This document shows positions 17,412 through 25,517 of a DNA stretch of 64,000 nt, one piece after another. This DNA is from an uncultured Actinomycetota bacterium. Its GTDB lineage: Bacteria > Actinomycetota > Actinomycetes > Propionibacteriales > Nocardioidaceae. The stretch covers positions 121,346 to 185,345 of the forward strand of contig CAWFGV010000004.1 of NCBI GenBank assembly GCA_963815445.1, read 5' to 3'. The notes under the pieces were generated by a model, which did not search any database, had not been told where the DNA came from, and saw nothing but the letters and a program-made list of their open reading frames with translations. The position numbers and the translations under genes are program-made. Numbering within the stretch: the stretch's first letter is position 1; each line of letters opens with the position of its first letter.

Positions 17412-18446
17412 ATGCCCACCCGGGATGACGCACGTATTCGCAGCCTCGCCACGATGGCGCGCGCCCTCGGCCGTTCCGAGGCTCTCCTGACGCTGCTCGA
17501 GATCGCGTCGGAGGAGGCCCGTCAGGCGCTGGCTGCCAGCACCGCGTCGATCAGCCGCCTCGAGCAAGGATCGACGACCGTCCGGACGCTCATCAACGTC
17601 GGTGAGCTCGGCCCAACCGAGGAGCGGTGGCCGCAGGACGAGACGTACGACATGGGGTCCTTCTCCAACCTCGAGCTCGTGCTCGCGGACTCGAAGACCT
17701 GGACCGCATCGATCGATGATCCCGACGCCGCGCCGGCGGAGCTCGACCTCCTCCGTCAGCTGCACAAGGGGACCTCGTTGGGATCACCCATCATCGTCGA
17801 CGGTCAGCTCTGGGGAGAGTTCTACGCGACGCGGCCGGTCGGTGCACCGGCCTTCGACACCGACGACATCGCCTACATCGAGGCCCTCGTCGCCATCTTG
17901 TCCGGATCCATCTCGCGTTCACTCCGCGAGGAGTCACTCGAGCAGCTGGCGTTCCAAGACCCCCTCACGGGACTCTGGAACAGACGTGCCCTTGATGAGC
18001 GCGCCGCCCAGGCCTTCAACGTTCCCGCGGACTCGACCCGGATCATCAGCGTCGTCCAGGTGGACATCAACCGCCTCAAGGAAGTCAACGACGAGCTCGG
18101 CCACCACGCCGGGGACCAGCTCATCCAGTCCGTCGCGCGCACGTTGCTCGCGGAGTTCAGCGGACTGCCGGCGAGCCTGGTGGCGCGCGTCGGCGGAGAC
18201 GAGTTCACCGTCCTGGTGGTTGGCCACGAGCCGGCGACCGTCGCCACTGTGGTGGAGCGGCTGAGCCAACGCGCGTGGCAGCTCGGCGTACAACCCGGCG
18301 TCTCGTGCGGAATCGCCAGCGCCGTCCTCACACCCGAGTCGAAGATCACCCCCAGCGAGCTGTTCGCCGCCGCCGACCAGGCCCAGTACACGACCAAGCG
18401 CCGCCACGGCAGGGCATCGACCGCCCTTGGCGGCATCGTCGGCTGA
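17412..18446 (+). CDS. GAF domain-containing diguanylate cyclase (GGDEF)
   Basis: FQDPLTGLWNRRALDE, VDINRLKEVNDELGHHAGDQLI and RVGGDEFTVLV. The N-terminal roughly 170 aa are GAF-like (GSPIIVDGQLWGEFYA). ATG 17412 has AGGAG 4 nt upstream. The track ORF begins at TTG 17376. Confidence 0.85.
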   Translation: MPTRDDARIRSLATMARALGRSEALLTLLEIASEEARQALAASTASISRLEQGSTTVRTLINVGELGPTEERWPQDETYDMGSFSNLELVLADSKTWTASIDDPDAAPAELDLLRQLHKGTSLGSPIIVDGQLWGEFYATRPVGAPAFDTDDIAYIEALVAILSGSISRSLREESLEQLAFQDPLTGLWNRRALDERAAQAFNVPADSTRIISVVQVDINRLKEVNDELGHHAGDQLIQSVARTLLAEFSGLPASLVARVGGDEFTVLVVGHEPATVATVVERLSQRAWQLGVQPGVSCGIASAVLTPESKITPSELFAAADQAQYTTKRRHGRASTALGGIVG

Positions 18447-18505
18447 TCGTCCGCAGGCTCGACCGGCTCGGCGGAAACCACAGACCCAGCGGCTACTCTG
18501 CGCGT

Positions 18506-19198
18506 ATGTCGCGCATCGTGTTGATCGAGGACGATCCGGCGATCCGGCGTTCCCTCGCGCGAGACCTGCGTGCCAACGGCCACGTCGTCACCACCACGGA
18601 GTCAGGGGCTGAGGGGTTGTCGACCGCACTCGCGCACTCTCCGGATGTCGTCATCCTCGACCTCGGACTTCCCGACCTCGACGGGCGAGACGTCCTGGCG
18701 ATGCTGCGCGCGGTGCGCGACGTGCCCGTCATCGTCGCCACCGCGCGTGACGATGACGCGAGCATGGTCAAGCTGCTCGACGCCGGCGCGGACGACTACG
18801 TGGTGAAGCCGTTCCGGGCGGCCCAGATCGAAGCCAGGATCCGAGCCGTGCTCCGACGGGCTGCCCCTGGCCAGGCACGGGCCGACGATGCCATCGAGGT
18901 GGGCCGGCTCCGCATCGACCCGAGCAGCCGGGAGGTCCGGCTCGACGATGAGCGCATCGACCTCTCACGCAAGGAGTTCGATCTCATCTTCGCGCTGGCG
19001 CGGCGGACCGGAGATGTGGTGTCGAAGAACGAGCTGCTCGCCGAGGTGTGGCAGCAGCCCTGGGGTGGTGGCGACCGAACCGTCGACGTGCACCTGTCGT
19101 GGCTGCGCCGCAAGCTCGGCGAGACGGCGGCCGAGCCCCGGTACCTCCACAGCATCCGCGGCGTGGGCATCAAGCTCGCCCCGCCCGAAGGCGATTGA
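18506..19198 (+). CDS. OmpR/PhoB-type response regulator
   Basis: MSRIVLIEDDPAIRRSL, VILDLGLPDLDG and DDYVVKPF form the receiver domain. The C-terminal winged helix reads SRKEFDLIFALARRTGDVVSKNELL...VDVHLSWLRRKL. The track ORF 18275..19198 has an implausible upstream extension. Confidence 0.9.
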   Translation: MSRIVLIEDDPAIRRSLARDLRANGHVVTTTESGAEGLSTALAHSPDVVILDLGLPDLDGRDVLAMLRAVRDVPVIVATARDDDASMVKLLDAGADDYVVKPFRAAQIEARIRAVLRRAAPGQARADDAIEVGRLRIDPSSREVRLDDERIDLSRKEFDLIFALARRTGDVVSKNELLAEVWQQPWGGGDRTVDVHLSWLRRKLGETAAEPRYLHSIRGVGIKLAPPEGD

Positions 19199-19201
19199 CC
19201 C

Positions 19202-20548
19202 GTGCGGCGACGCATCCTGACGCTGACCGTCGGCCTCACCGCCACCGTGATCCTCGCCTTCGCCATCCCGCTCGCCTTCCTGATCTACCAGTCCGTCGAG
19301 AGCTCGGCGCTGGATCACGCCCGCTTCGAGGCCGAGGGCGTGGCCGGGTTCATCGGAGCGGGGTCTCCGACCGAGTCAGACGTGACGCAATTCCTCACCC
19401 ACCGCGACGACCGCGACCACGCAACGACCTGGGTCGTTGGCCCCAGTGGCACCGTGCTCGGTACGCCGCCCACGGGCGTACCGAACGTGAGCGCCCGCGG
19501 TCCTGACCTCGACGCCGATGGCGATGGGCGCATCGGTGATGTGGCGCCCACCAACGTGGAAGACGTCGGCACAGGCGTCGTCACCCAGGTGCAGGCGCTC
19601 ACCCAGAGCGGAACCTGGACAGTGCGCACCTATCTCACTGATGCGCAGCTGCGTGAAGGCCTGGCCGCCCGGTGGTCGATCCTCACCGCCGTCACGTTGG
19701 CACTGCTCGCCGGCAGCGTCGCCGCTGGGGAGTTGTCAGCTCGGCGGTTGGCCCGACCGCTTGAAGACGCAGCCAGCACGGCCCATCGGTTGGCGACCGG
19801 CGACACGATAGCCCGGGCCAGCACCGACGGCCCCCGTGAGGTGGCCGAGGTGGGGGCCGCGCTCAACCAGCTCGCTGATCGGATCGACGAGGTGATCGCC
19901 ACCGAACGTGAGGCGGTCGCCGACCTGTCGCATCGCCTGCGTACTCCGTTGACCGCACTACGCCTCGACATCGACGCGCTCGACGATCCGGCGGACGCGG
20001 CCAGGTTGAGCGAGCACGCCACGAACCTGGAACGGTCCCTGACCGCGATCATCCACGCGGCCCGGCGGCCGGCCCGCGAGGGACGGTTCCCCGGCTGTGA
20101 CGCGGCCGACGTCGTCCGACAGCGGGTCGACTTCTGGACGCCGCTCGTCGTCGACCAGGACCGCCACACCACGATCGACATCGCGAACACGCCCACGTCG
20201 GTACGTCTCGCGCGCGACGACCTGACCGCGGCCGTGGACGCCCTGATCGAGAACGTCATCGCCCACACCGCCGAAGGCACGGACTTCGAGGTGTCGGTAC
20301 GCCACGACACGTCTGAGGACCGACCGATGGTCGTCGTGACAGTCGCCGATCACGGCGAGGGCATGCCGGCCGGCGTCGGCGTGCGCGGCCGAAGCGACCG
20401 GGGCTCGACCGGTCTCGGCATCGACATCGCCCGACGAGCAGCCGATGACAGTGGCGGGTTCCTCCGGCTCGGCCAGCACGATCCCACCGGCGCCCGGGTG
20501 GAACTGTGGCTCGGCACACCCTCTCAGGTCGGTCACAGCACGATTTGA
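19202..20548 (+). CDS. Sensor histidine kinase (two TM segments, HAMP, HisKA, HATPase)
   Basis: GTG start 3 nt after the regulator stop. H-box ADLSHRLRTPLTAL, and the ATPase G-boxes DHGEGMP and GSTGLGIDIARR. Confidence 0.9.
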   Translation: MRRRILTLTVGLTATVILAFAIPLAFLIYQSVESSALDHARFEAEGVAGFIGAGSPTESDVTQFLTHRDDRDHATTWVVGPSGTVLGTPPTGVPNVSARGPDLDADGDGRIGDVAPTNVEDVGTGVVTQVQALTQSGTWTVRTYLTDAQLREGLAARWSILTAVTLALLAGSVAAGELSARRLARPLEDAASTAHRLATGDTIARASTDGPREVAEVGAALNQLADRIDEVIATEREAVADLSHRLRTPLTALRLDIDALDDPADAARLSEHATNLERSLTAIIHAARRPAREGRFPGCDAADVVRQRVDFWTPLVVDQDRHTTIDIANTPTSVRLARDDLTAAVDALIENVIAHTAEGTDFEVSVRHDTSEDRPMVVVTVADHGEGMPAGVGVRGRSDRGSTGLGIDIARRAADDSGGFLRLGQHDPTGARVELWLGTPSQVGHSTI

Positions 20549-20605
20549 CCCTGATTTGACCTCGCGTTGCGGTCCACCTGAGGGGTGCCGGGCGATGCTC
20601 GGTAC

Positions 20606-20935
20606 ATGAACAACCAACCGGCCCAGCACGAACCACGGCAACGGACTGCGCTGGTACGCCGTTCGGCCCTGGCCGCGACCGGCGTCGTGATCGCCGGAGT
20701 GGCCGGCACCGCCGGTGTCGCCGCCGGGATCAGCCAGTCGGTCCATGGCACGTCGCCCAGCGGCACCACCAGCTACTCCGGCCAGACCGGGACTGCATCC
20801 GGAACGCCCGACTCGGGCAGCTCGGGGAACACCGGCTCGTCCGGCCGGGTCACGCAAGGACAGAGGCAGAACAACCCGGGTCTGAGCGCCCCACCGGCCA
20901 GTGGATCAGTGTCCGGCGGGACCCACGGCTCATGA
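20606..20935 (+). CDS. Small secreted Ser/Gly/Thr-rich protein with Tat-like signal (hypothetical)
   Basis: MNNQPAQHEPRQRTALVRRSALAATGVVIAGVAGTAGVAAG, followed by about 65 aa of S/G/T-rich low complexity ending SVSGGTHGS. Its stop overlaps the apbE start (ATGA at 20932-20935). The track ORF starts at GTG 20585. Confidence 0.5.
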   Translation: MNNQPAQHEPRQRTALVRRSALAATGVVIAGVAGTAGVAAGISQSVHGTSPSGTTSYSGQTGTASGTPDSGSSGNTGSSGRVTQGQRQNNPGLSAPPASGSVSGGTHGS

Positions 20936-21879
20936 CGCACCGGCAGCGGCCCTCCGGCCGTCACGAATGGTCACAGTGGAGCTGCACCGTCGCCGTGTGC
21001 GTCGAGGACCCGAGGTACTCCGTCGAGGCAGTTCGCGTGGTCGCGGCCCTGATGGACGGCGTCGACCGGGCGGTCAGCCGGTTCCGACCCGATTCGGAGC
21101 TCTCCCGGTGCAACGACCGAGCGGGTCGAGCGACCCCCGTCAGCTCGCTGACCGCTGAGCTGATCGGCCACGCACTCGATGCCGCAGACCGCTCGGACGG
21201 TCTCGTCGACCCGACCGTCGGCCGCCATCTCATCGCGGCCGGCTACGACCGCACCATCAGCGAGATCACCGGCGTGGTGGACCTCCACCCGCGGCCGGCC
21301 GAGCTGCCGCGTTGGCGGGACGTCCGCCTCGACCCGGAGCTGGGGCTGGTCCTCGTCCCGCCCGGGCTCGCCCTCGACCTCGGTGCGACGGCGAAGGCGT
21401 GGACCGCCGACCGGGCCGCCCAGCTGCTGGCAGACCGGATCCCGGGCCGCATCCTCGTCGAGATCGGCGGGGACGTCGCGGTCCAGCGGGCCGAGCGTGA
21501 CCCCTTCGTCGTCCGGGTGGCCGAGCGTGAGGGCGTGCCCGGCGAGCTCGTGTCCCTGGCGCACGGCGGCCTCGCGACCTCGACCACGTGGGTACGTCGC
21601 TGGGGGAGCGGAGATCGCGTCGGCCACCACATCATCGACCCACGGACCGGCCGACCGAGCGCCGGACACTGGCGCACCGTCTCCGTCTGGTCCCCGTCCG
21701 CGCTGGCGGCCAACACTGCGAGCACCGCGGCCGTCGTGGCCGGAGCCGACGCGCAGACCACCTTGGAAGCGGCCGGCACCCCGGCACGCCTGGTCGATCA
21801 GCGGGGCAACGTGGTTCACACCAGACGTTGGCCGGGAGAACCGAGCCCGAAGGCGACCGCAGAGGCGATGGCGTCATGA
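20932..21879 (+). CDS. apbE: FAD:protein FMN transferase (ApbE family)
   Basis: WSCTVAVCVEDP, LDLGATAKAWTADRAA, VEIGGDVAV and GLATSTTWVRRW follow the ApbE pattern. Confidence 0.8.
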   Translation: MTHRQRPSGRHEWSQWSCTVAVCVEDPRYSVEAVRVVAALMDGVDRAVSRFRPDSELSRCNDRAGRATPVSSLTAELIGHALDAADRSDGLVDPTVGRHLIAAGYDRTISEITGVVDLHPRPAELPRWRDVRLDPELGLVLVPPGLALDLGATAKAWTADRAAQLLADRIPGRILVEIGGDVAVQRAERDPFVVRVAEREGVPGELVSLAHGGLATSTTWVRRWGSGDRVGHHIIDPRTGRPSAGHWRTVSVWSPSALAANTASTAAVVAGADAQTTLEAAGTPARLVDQRGNVVHTRRWPGEPSPKATAEAMAS

Positions 21880-22496
21880 CACTGTGGTACATCGCCCGGG
21901 CGGCAGGACTCGTCGCCCTGGCCGCGCTCACCCTGGCCACCGCGCTCGGGGCGTTCGCCTCGGTCCGGCAGCCCCAGGACGGCCTGCGCGCTCATCGTTG
22001 GCGGTACGCGCTGCAATACGTGCACCGCGCCGCGGCGGCCACCGGGTTGCTCCTGCTCGTCGTGCACATCAGCACGCTCGTGCTCGACGGCCAGTCCGGC
22101 GTCAACCTGCAGTCCGTCGTGATCCCTTTCACTGCGTCGTACCGGCCGGTGGCCGTGACGCTCGGGACCCTGGCCCTGTTCGCCACCGTCCTGACCGCGC
22201 TGGTCGGCGCTGCCCGGGGCAGGTTGGCGACCTCGGTGCGCGCGGTCCGGGCGTGGCGTGCGTTGCACCTGACGGCGTACGGGGCCTGGGCGTTGGCCAT
22301 GGGGCACGGCTTCCTGGCCGGGACGGACAGCGGCTACGGGCCGGTCATGCTCGGATACCTCCTCGCCCTCGTCGTCGTGGGCGCTGCGGTGGGCGCCCGA
22401 CTGTGGTCACACCAGATCGCCCAGGCCGGTCCGCTGGCCCGTGCTCGCCGCGAAACCCTGGCTCGCGAAGCCCGAACGGTCGGACTGTCACGATGA
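21876..22496 (+). CDS. Ferric reductase-like (MsrQ-like) transmembrane di-haem protein
   Basis: ATG 21876 overlaps the apbE stop (ATGA). Product is MTLWYIARAAGLVALAAL..., with multiple TM helices and two His pairs spaced H-x13-H (VHRAAAATGLLLLVVH) and H-x12-H (HLTAYGAWALAMGH). The track ORF 21588..22496 has a non-membrane upstream extension. Confidence 0.75.
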   Translation: MTLWYIARAAGLVALAALTLATALGAFASVRQPQDGLRAHRWRYALQYVHRAAAATGLLLLVVHISTLVLDGQSGVNLQSVVIPFTASYRPVAVTLGTLALFATVLTALVGAARGRLATSVRAVRAWRALHLTAYGAWALAMGHGFLAGTDSGYGPVMLGYLLALVVVGAAVGARLWSHQIAQAGPLARARRETLAREARTVGLSR

Positions 22497-23767
22497 ACAA
22501 CCCTGTGCACCGCTTGGCGACGTGGTCCATCGGAGAGCCGCGCCTGCTCGCGGGCACGACAGAATCCGACCGGGTGCACTGGACGCAGCACCGTGCCCTG
22601 CACGGCGACCTGCCGAGGTTGTCCCGGGCGACGTACGAGGAGCTCGCGACGACCGCGGGTCTGTTGGGGCGCGGGGGTGCCGGCTTCCCGGTCGCGCGCA
22701 AGCTCGCCGCGCTGCCTCGCCGGGGCACGCACGCCGTCGTCGTCAACGGGTCGGAGAGCGAACCACTCAGCGCCAAGGACCGGACTCTGATGCGCACCGT
22801 GCCGCACCTGGTCATCGACGGTGCGCTCGGAATCGCCACCAGCCTGCGCGCACGGAAGGTTCTCATCACGGTCCACGATCCGCAGGCGGCTGCCTCGTTG
22901 GGTGCGGCGCTCCGCGAACGTCCCGACGCCAGGCAGGTCCGCATCGACCTCCGGCCGAGCCGGTTCGTGGCTGGGGAGGCACGCGCCGTGGTCCGGGGTG
23001 CATCGGGTGGCATCGGCTTGCCGCACGGGCGTCGCACCCTGCCGTCGGATGACGGGTTGGACGGTCGGGCGACCTTCCTGTCCAACGCCGAGACCTTCGC
23101 CCAGCTGGCGATCCTGGCCCGGCTGGGCACGTCGCAGTACGCCGACCGCGGCGTCGCGGAGGAGCCGGGCACGAGCCTGCTCACCGTGACCGGCGCGGTG
23201 GGCCACCCCGGAGTCATCGAGGTGCCCAACGGCGTACCCCTCGCGGTTGTGCTCGCTGCCGCCGACGCCGCTCCGGACGCTGCCGTCCTCGTCGGTGGCT
23301 ACCACGGAACGTGGGTCCAGGCCGGTCAGACCCCGACACTGTCTCGTCCCGCTCTGGCCCGCGCGGGTCTGACCTTCGGCGCCGGCGTGATCGCCGTGCT
23401 GTCGGAACAGACGTGTCCGCTCGGTGAGGTCGAGCGGGTGTCCCGCTGGTTGGCGGGTGAGTCAGCGGGTCAGTGCGGCCCGTGTGTCTTCGGACTCCCG
23501 GCGATCGTTCAGGACCTCGCGCGCATGCTGAGCAGGGATCCCCGCGGCGCGCGCGACCTGCAACGGCATGCCGGCCTGGTCAACGGACGTGGGGCATGCG
23601 CACACCCGGACGGCGTCGCACGGTTCGTGACCTCATCGCTGAAGCGGTTCGGGGTGGACCTCGACCAGCACGTGCGGCTGCACGGCTGCGGACGGCCCGT
23701 GCTCGGTCAGCTGGGCACCGGCCCGAACGTGCCCTGGCCCGGTTTCGCAGCACAAAGGAGCGCCTGA
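22493..23767 (+). CDS. NuoF-like NAD(P)H-binding iron-sulfur protein (NADH-ubiquinone oxidoreductase-F Fe-S binding region family)
   Basis: ATG 22493 overlaps the previous stop (ATGA). GLLGRGGAGFPVARK, ESAGQCGPCVFGLP and GRGACAHPDG resemble the NuoF nucleotide/FMN and 4Fe-4S motifs. The 862-aa track ORF 21179..23767 is a read-through shadow upstream of 22493. Confidence 0.8.
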   Translation: MNNPVHRLATWSIGEPRLLAGTTESDRVHWTQHRALHGDLPRLSRATYEELATTAGLLGRGGAGFPVARKLAALPRRGTHAVVVNGSESEPLSAKDRTLMRTVPHLVIDGALGIATSLRARKVLITVHDPQAAASLGAALRERPDARQVRIDLRPSRFVAGEARAVVRGASGGIGLPHGRRTLPSDDGLDGRATFLSNAETFAQLAILARLGTSQYADRGVAEEPGTSLLTVTGAVGHPGVIEVPNGVPLAVVLAAADAAPDAAVLVGGYHGTWVQAGQTPTLSRPALARAGLTFGAGVIAVLSEQTCPLGEVERVSRWLAGESAGQCGPCVFGLPAIVQDLARMLSRDPRGARDLQRHAGLVNGRGACAHPDGVARFVTSSLKRFGVDLDQHVRLHGCGRPVLGQLGTGPNVPWPGFAAQRSA

Positions 23768-23994
23768 TGGCGATCACGTCCTCGCCGGGAACCCGCCAAC
23801 CCACGCTGGAGATCGACTGGACCCGCTGCGACGGCCACGGGCTGTGCGCCGCGCTCCTGCCCGAACGCATCGCGCTCGACGAGTGGGGCTTCCCGATCAT
23901 CGCCCGCGCGCCACTCGGGACCACGGAGGTCACCGACGCCAGACGTGCGGTGCTGGCGTGCCCAGCACTCGCGCTGCGGATCCAGCGGTCGTAA
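23767..23994 (+). CDS. Small ferredoxin
   Basis: ATG 23767 overlaps the previous stop (TGATG). MAITSSPG...IDWTRCDGHGLCAALLPERIALDEWGFPI...ACPALALR, 75 aa with a C-x2-H-x2-C ... CP pattern. Confidence 0.7.
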   Translation: MAITSSPGTRQPTLEIDWTRCDGHGLCAALLPERIALDEWGFPIIARAPLGTTEVTDARRAVLACPALALRIQRS

Positions 23995-24062
23995 CCCTCG
24001 CGGCTCGCGCGGCTTGACCCAATCCCAGGCCGAAGACACCACCGTTGCCACAAGATGGTGGC

Positions 24063-25229
24063 ATGCCCAGACGGTTGATCTGGTTGGTCTGGTTGGTCGT
24101 CGTCGCGCTGGCCGCGGGGACCGGTTGCACCGGGTCCCCGTCGCCACCGTCGACGTCAACGGTGACCACCACGGCAGGCACGGTCCCGGCGACGGTGACA
24201 CCCACTAGCCGCGAACCTTCCCCGTCGGAGCACGACGTCGCCACCGCTGACCTGGGGCAGGTTCGGGTGGGGCCGTTGGCGTTGGCCGGTGACCGGGTCC
24301 TCTACCCGTTCACGAGCGTCGGCGGCCAGGAGTGGACCCGGGTCGGGGTGACAGACGCCGCCACCGGGAAGAGTCAGGTGGTCGCACAGACGGAATGGGA
24401 CGGCGGTCTGGTCAACTGGGTCGCCGGCGCGGGGGAGTGGGTCGCGTGGACCGACCAGTCGCGGCGTCAGGACGACTCCGACCCGAACGTGCTGTGGCGG
24501 GTGTGGGCGCTGAACCTCAAGACCGGCCGCAAGCTGACGCTTTCGTCCAATGGGGACACGCCGGACCCGTACGTGCCGGTGGTGCTCGGGCAGGACGACT
24601 ACCTGTTCTGGACGCAGGCCGAGACGGACCGCAGCGCCCGCGAGTTCGTCTGGCGGCCCGGCTGGTCGGCACCCAAGGATCTGCTGCGACATCGGGAGAT
24701 GACTCCGGGCAGCGAAACCGCGTCCGGTGGTGACCTGGTCTTCCTCAGCTCGGCCGCGGTCCCGCACCACAGCCACGCCGTCGGCGGGGACTGCTGGTCG
24801 GTACCGCTGGACGGGACCGGCAAGCCGCGGCCGCTGACCCGCACCGGACTGGCGATGGGGTGTGCAGCCAGCGACGGCTGGCTGGTCTACACCTTGCACA
24901 TCGACCCGAACACCAAACCGGTCCCTCCCGACGGGATTCTGGATGACCCGTGGGAGGTCAGAGCGCGGCGACTGGGCATCGAGCACGACACGTTGCTGCA
25001 CCACGGCTACCTGGCGATGGGGCATCCAGTCACCGGGGACGGGTTCACCGTGTTGCCGCTTGGCGGGCTGGCGCTGTCGGTGCGGTCGTTGACGTCGAAG
25101 GCGCGCCTGCGCATCGGCGGCGGCGTGGATCAGCTCACGATCGCGGCCGGCGACGGGGATCTGCTGGCCTATACGACGTATCGGTCCCACCGGGCAACCG
25201 TGCACGTCGTTGGCGTCGGTGACCTGTGA
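24063..25229 (+). CDS. Lipoprotein, beta-propeller-like (hypothetical)
   Basis: MPRRLIWLVWLVVVALAAGTGCTGS gives a signal peptide plus lipobox. A Thr/Pro-rich linker follows, then Trp/Gly-rich repeats (WVAGAGEWVAWTD, LWRVWALNLKTG). The track ORF starts at TTG 24045. Confidence 0.6.
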   Translation: MPRRLIWLVWLVVVALAAGTGCTGSPSPPSTSTVTTTAGTVPATVTPTSREPSPSEHDVATADLGQVRVGPLALAGDRVLYPFTSVGGQEWTRVGVTDAATGKSQVVAQTEWDGGLVNWVAGAGEWVAWTDQSRRQDDSDPNVLWRVWALNLKTGRKLTLSSNGDTPDPYVPVVLGQDDYLFWTQAETDRSAREFVWRPGWSAPKDLLRHREMTPGSETASGGDLVFLSSAAVPHHSHAVGGDCWSVPLDGTGKPRPLTRTGLAMGCAASDGWLVYTLHIDPNTKPVPPDGILDDPWEVRARRLGIEHDTLLHHGYLAMGHPVTGDGFTVLPLGGLALSVRSLTSKARLRIGGGVDQLTIAAGDGDLLAYTTYRSHRATVHVVGVGDL

Positions 25230-25517
25230 GCGCCCCAAGCGTCGATCCGCGATCACGGCAGGGCGACACCCCGTGCCCGTCCCGGCGGCAGTGGACGGTC
25301 CAGGCTTGCGTGGGCGATACGGCGTTGGACGTTGGCGAGTATGTGGAAGTCCATGTGGAGCGGGATCGGATCGACCTGGGCTGTGACCGCTCTCGTTGAG
25401 ACCGCATCTGCCCCTCTTCCGCCGAGCCCAAGAATTTCTGGTATTCCCTTGTGGATAACGGGTTCTGGTGTCGGGTGCTGATCCGGAAGTGTCGGTGGCG
25501 GGTTCTAGGTTGGATCC

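Noticed and set aside
19730-19744. GAGTTGTCAGCTCGG, resembling the ends of the palindromic repeat
   Set aside because: It lies inside the histidine kinase coding frame (GELSARRL), has no partner arm and no core, and is most likely a chance match.
21179-22492. Upstream part of the 862-aa ORF 21179..23767
   Set aside because: It overlaps apbE and the ferric-reductase-like gene in a different frame, and its product is Arg/Pro-rich. The real NuoF-like gene begins at ATG 22493, coupled to the preceding stop.
25450-25458. Perfect E. coli-type DnaA box (TGTGGATAA, reverse complement TTATCCACA) upstream of the HNH pseudogene
   Set aside because: It is a single isolated 9-mer far from oriC with no neighbouring boxes, which chance can explain.
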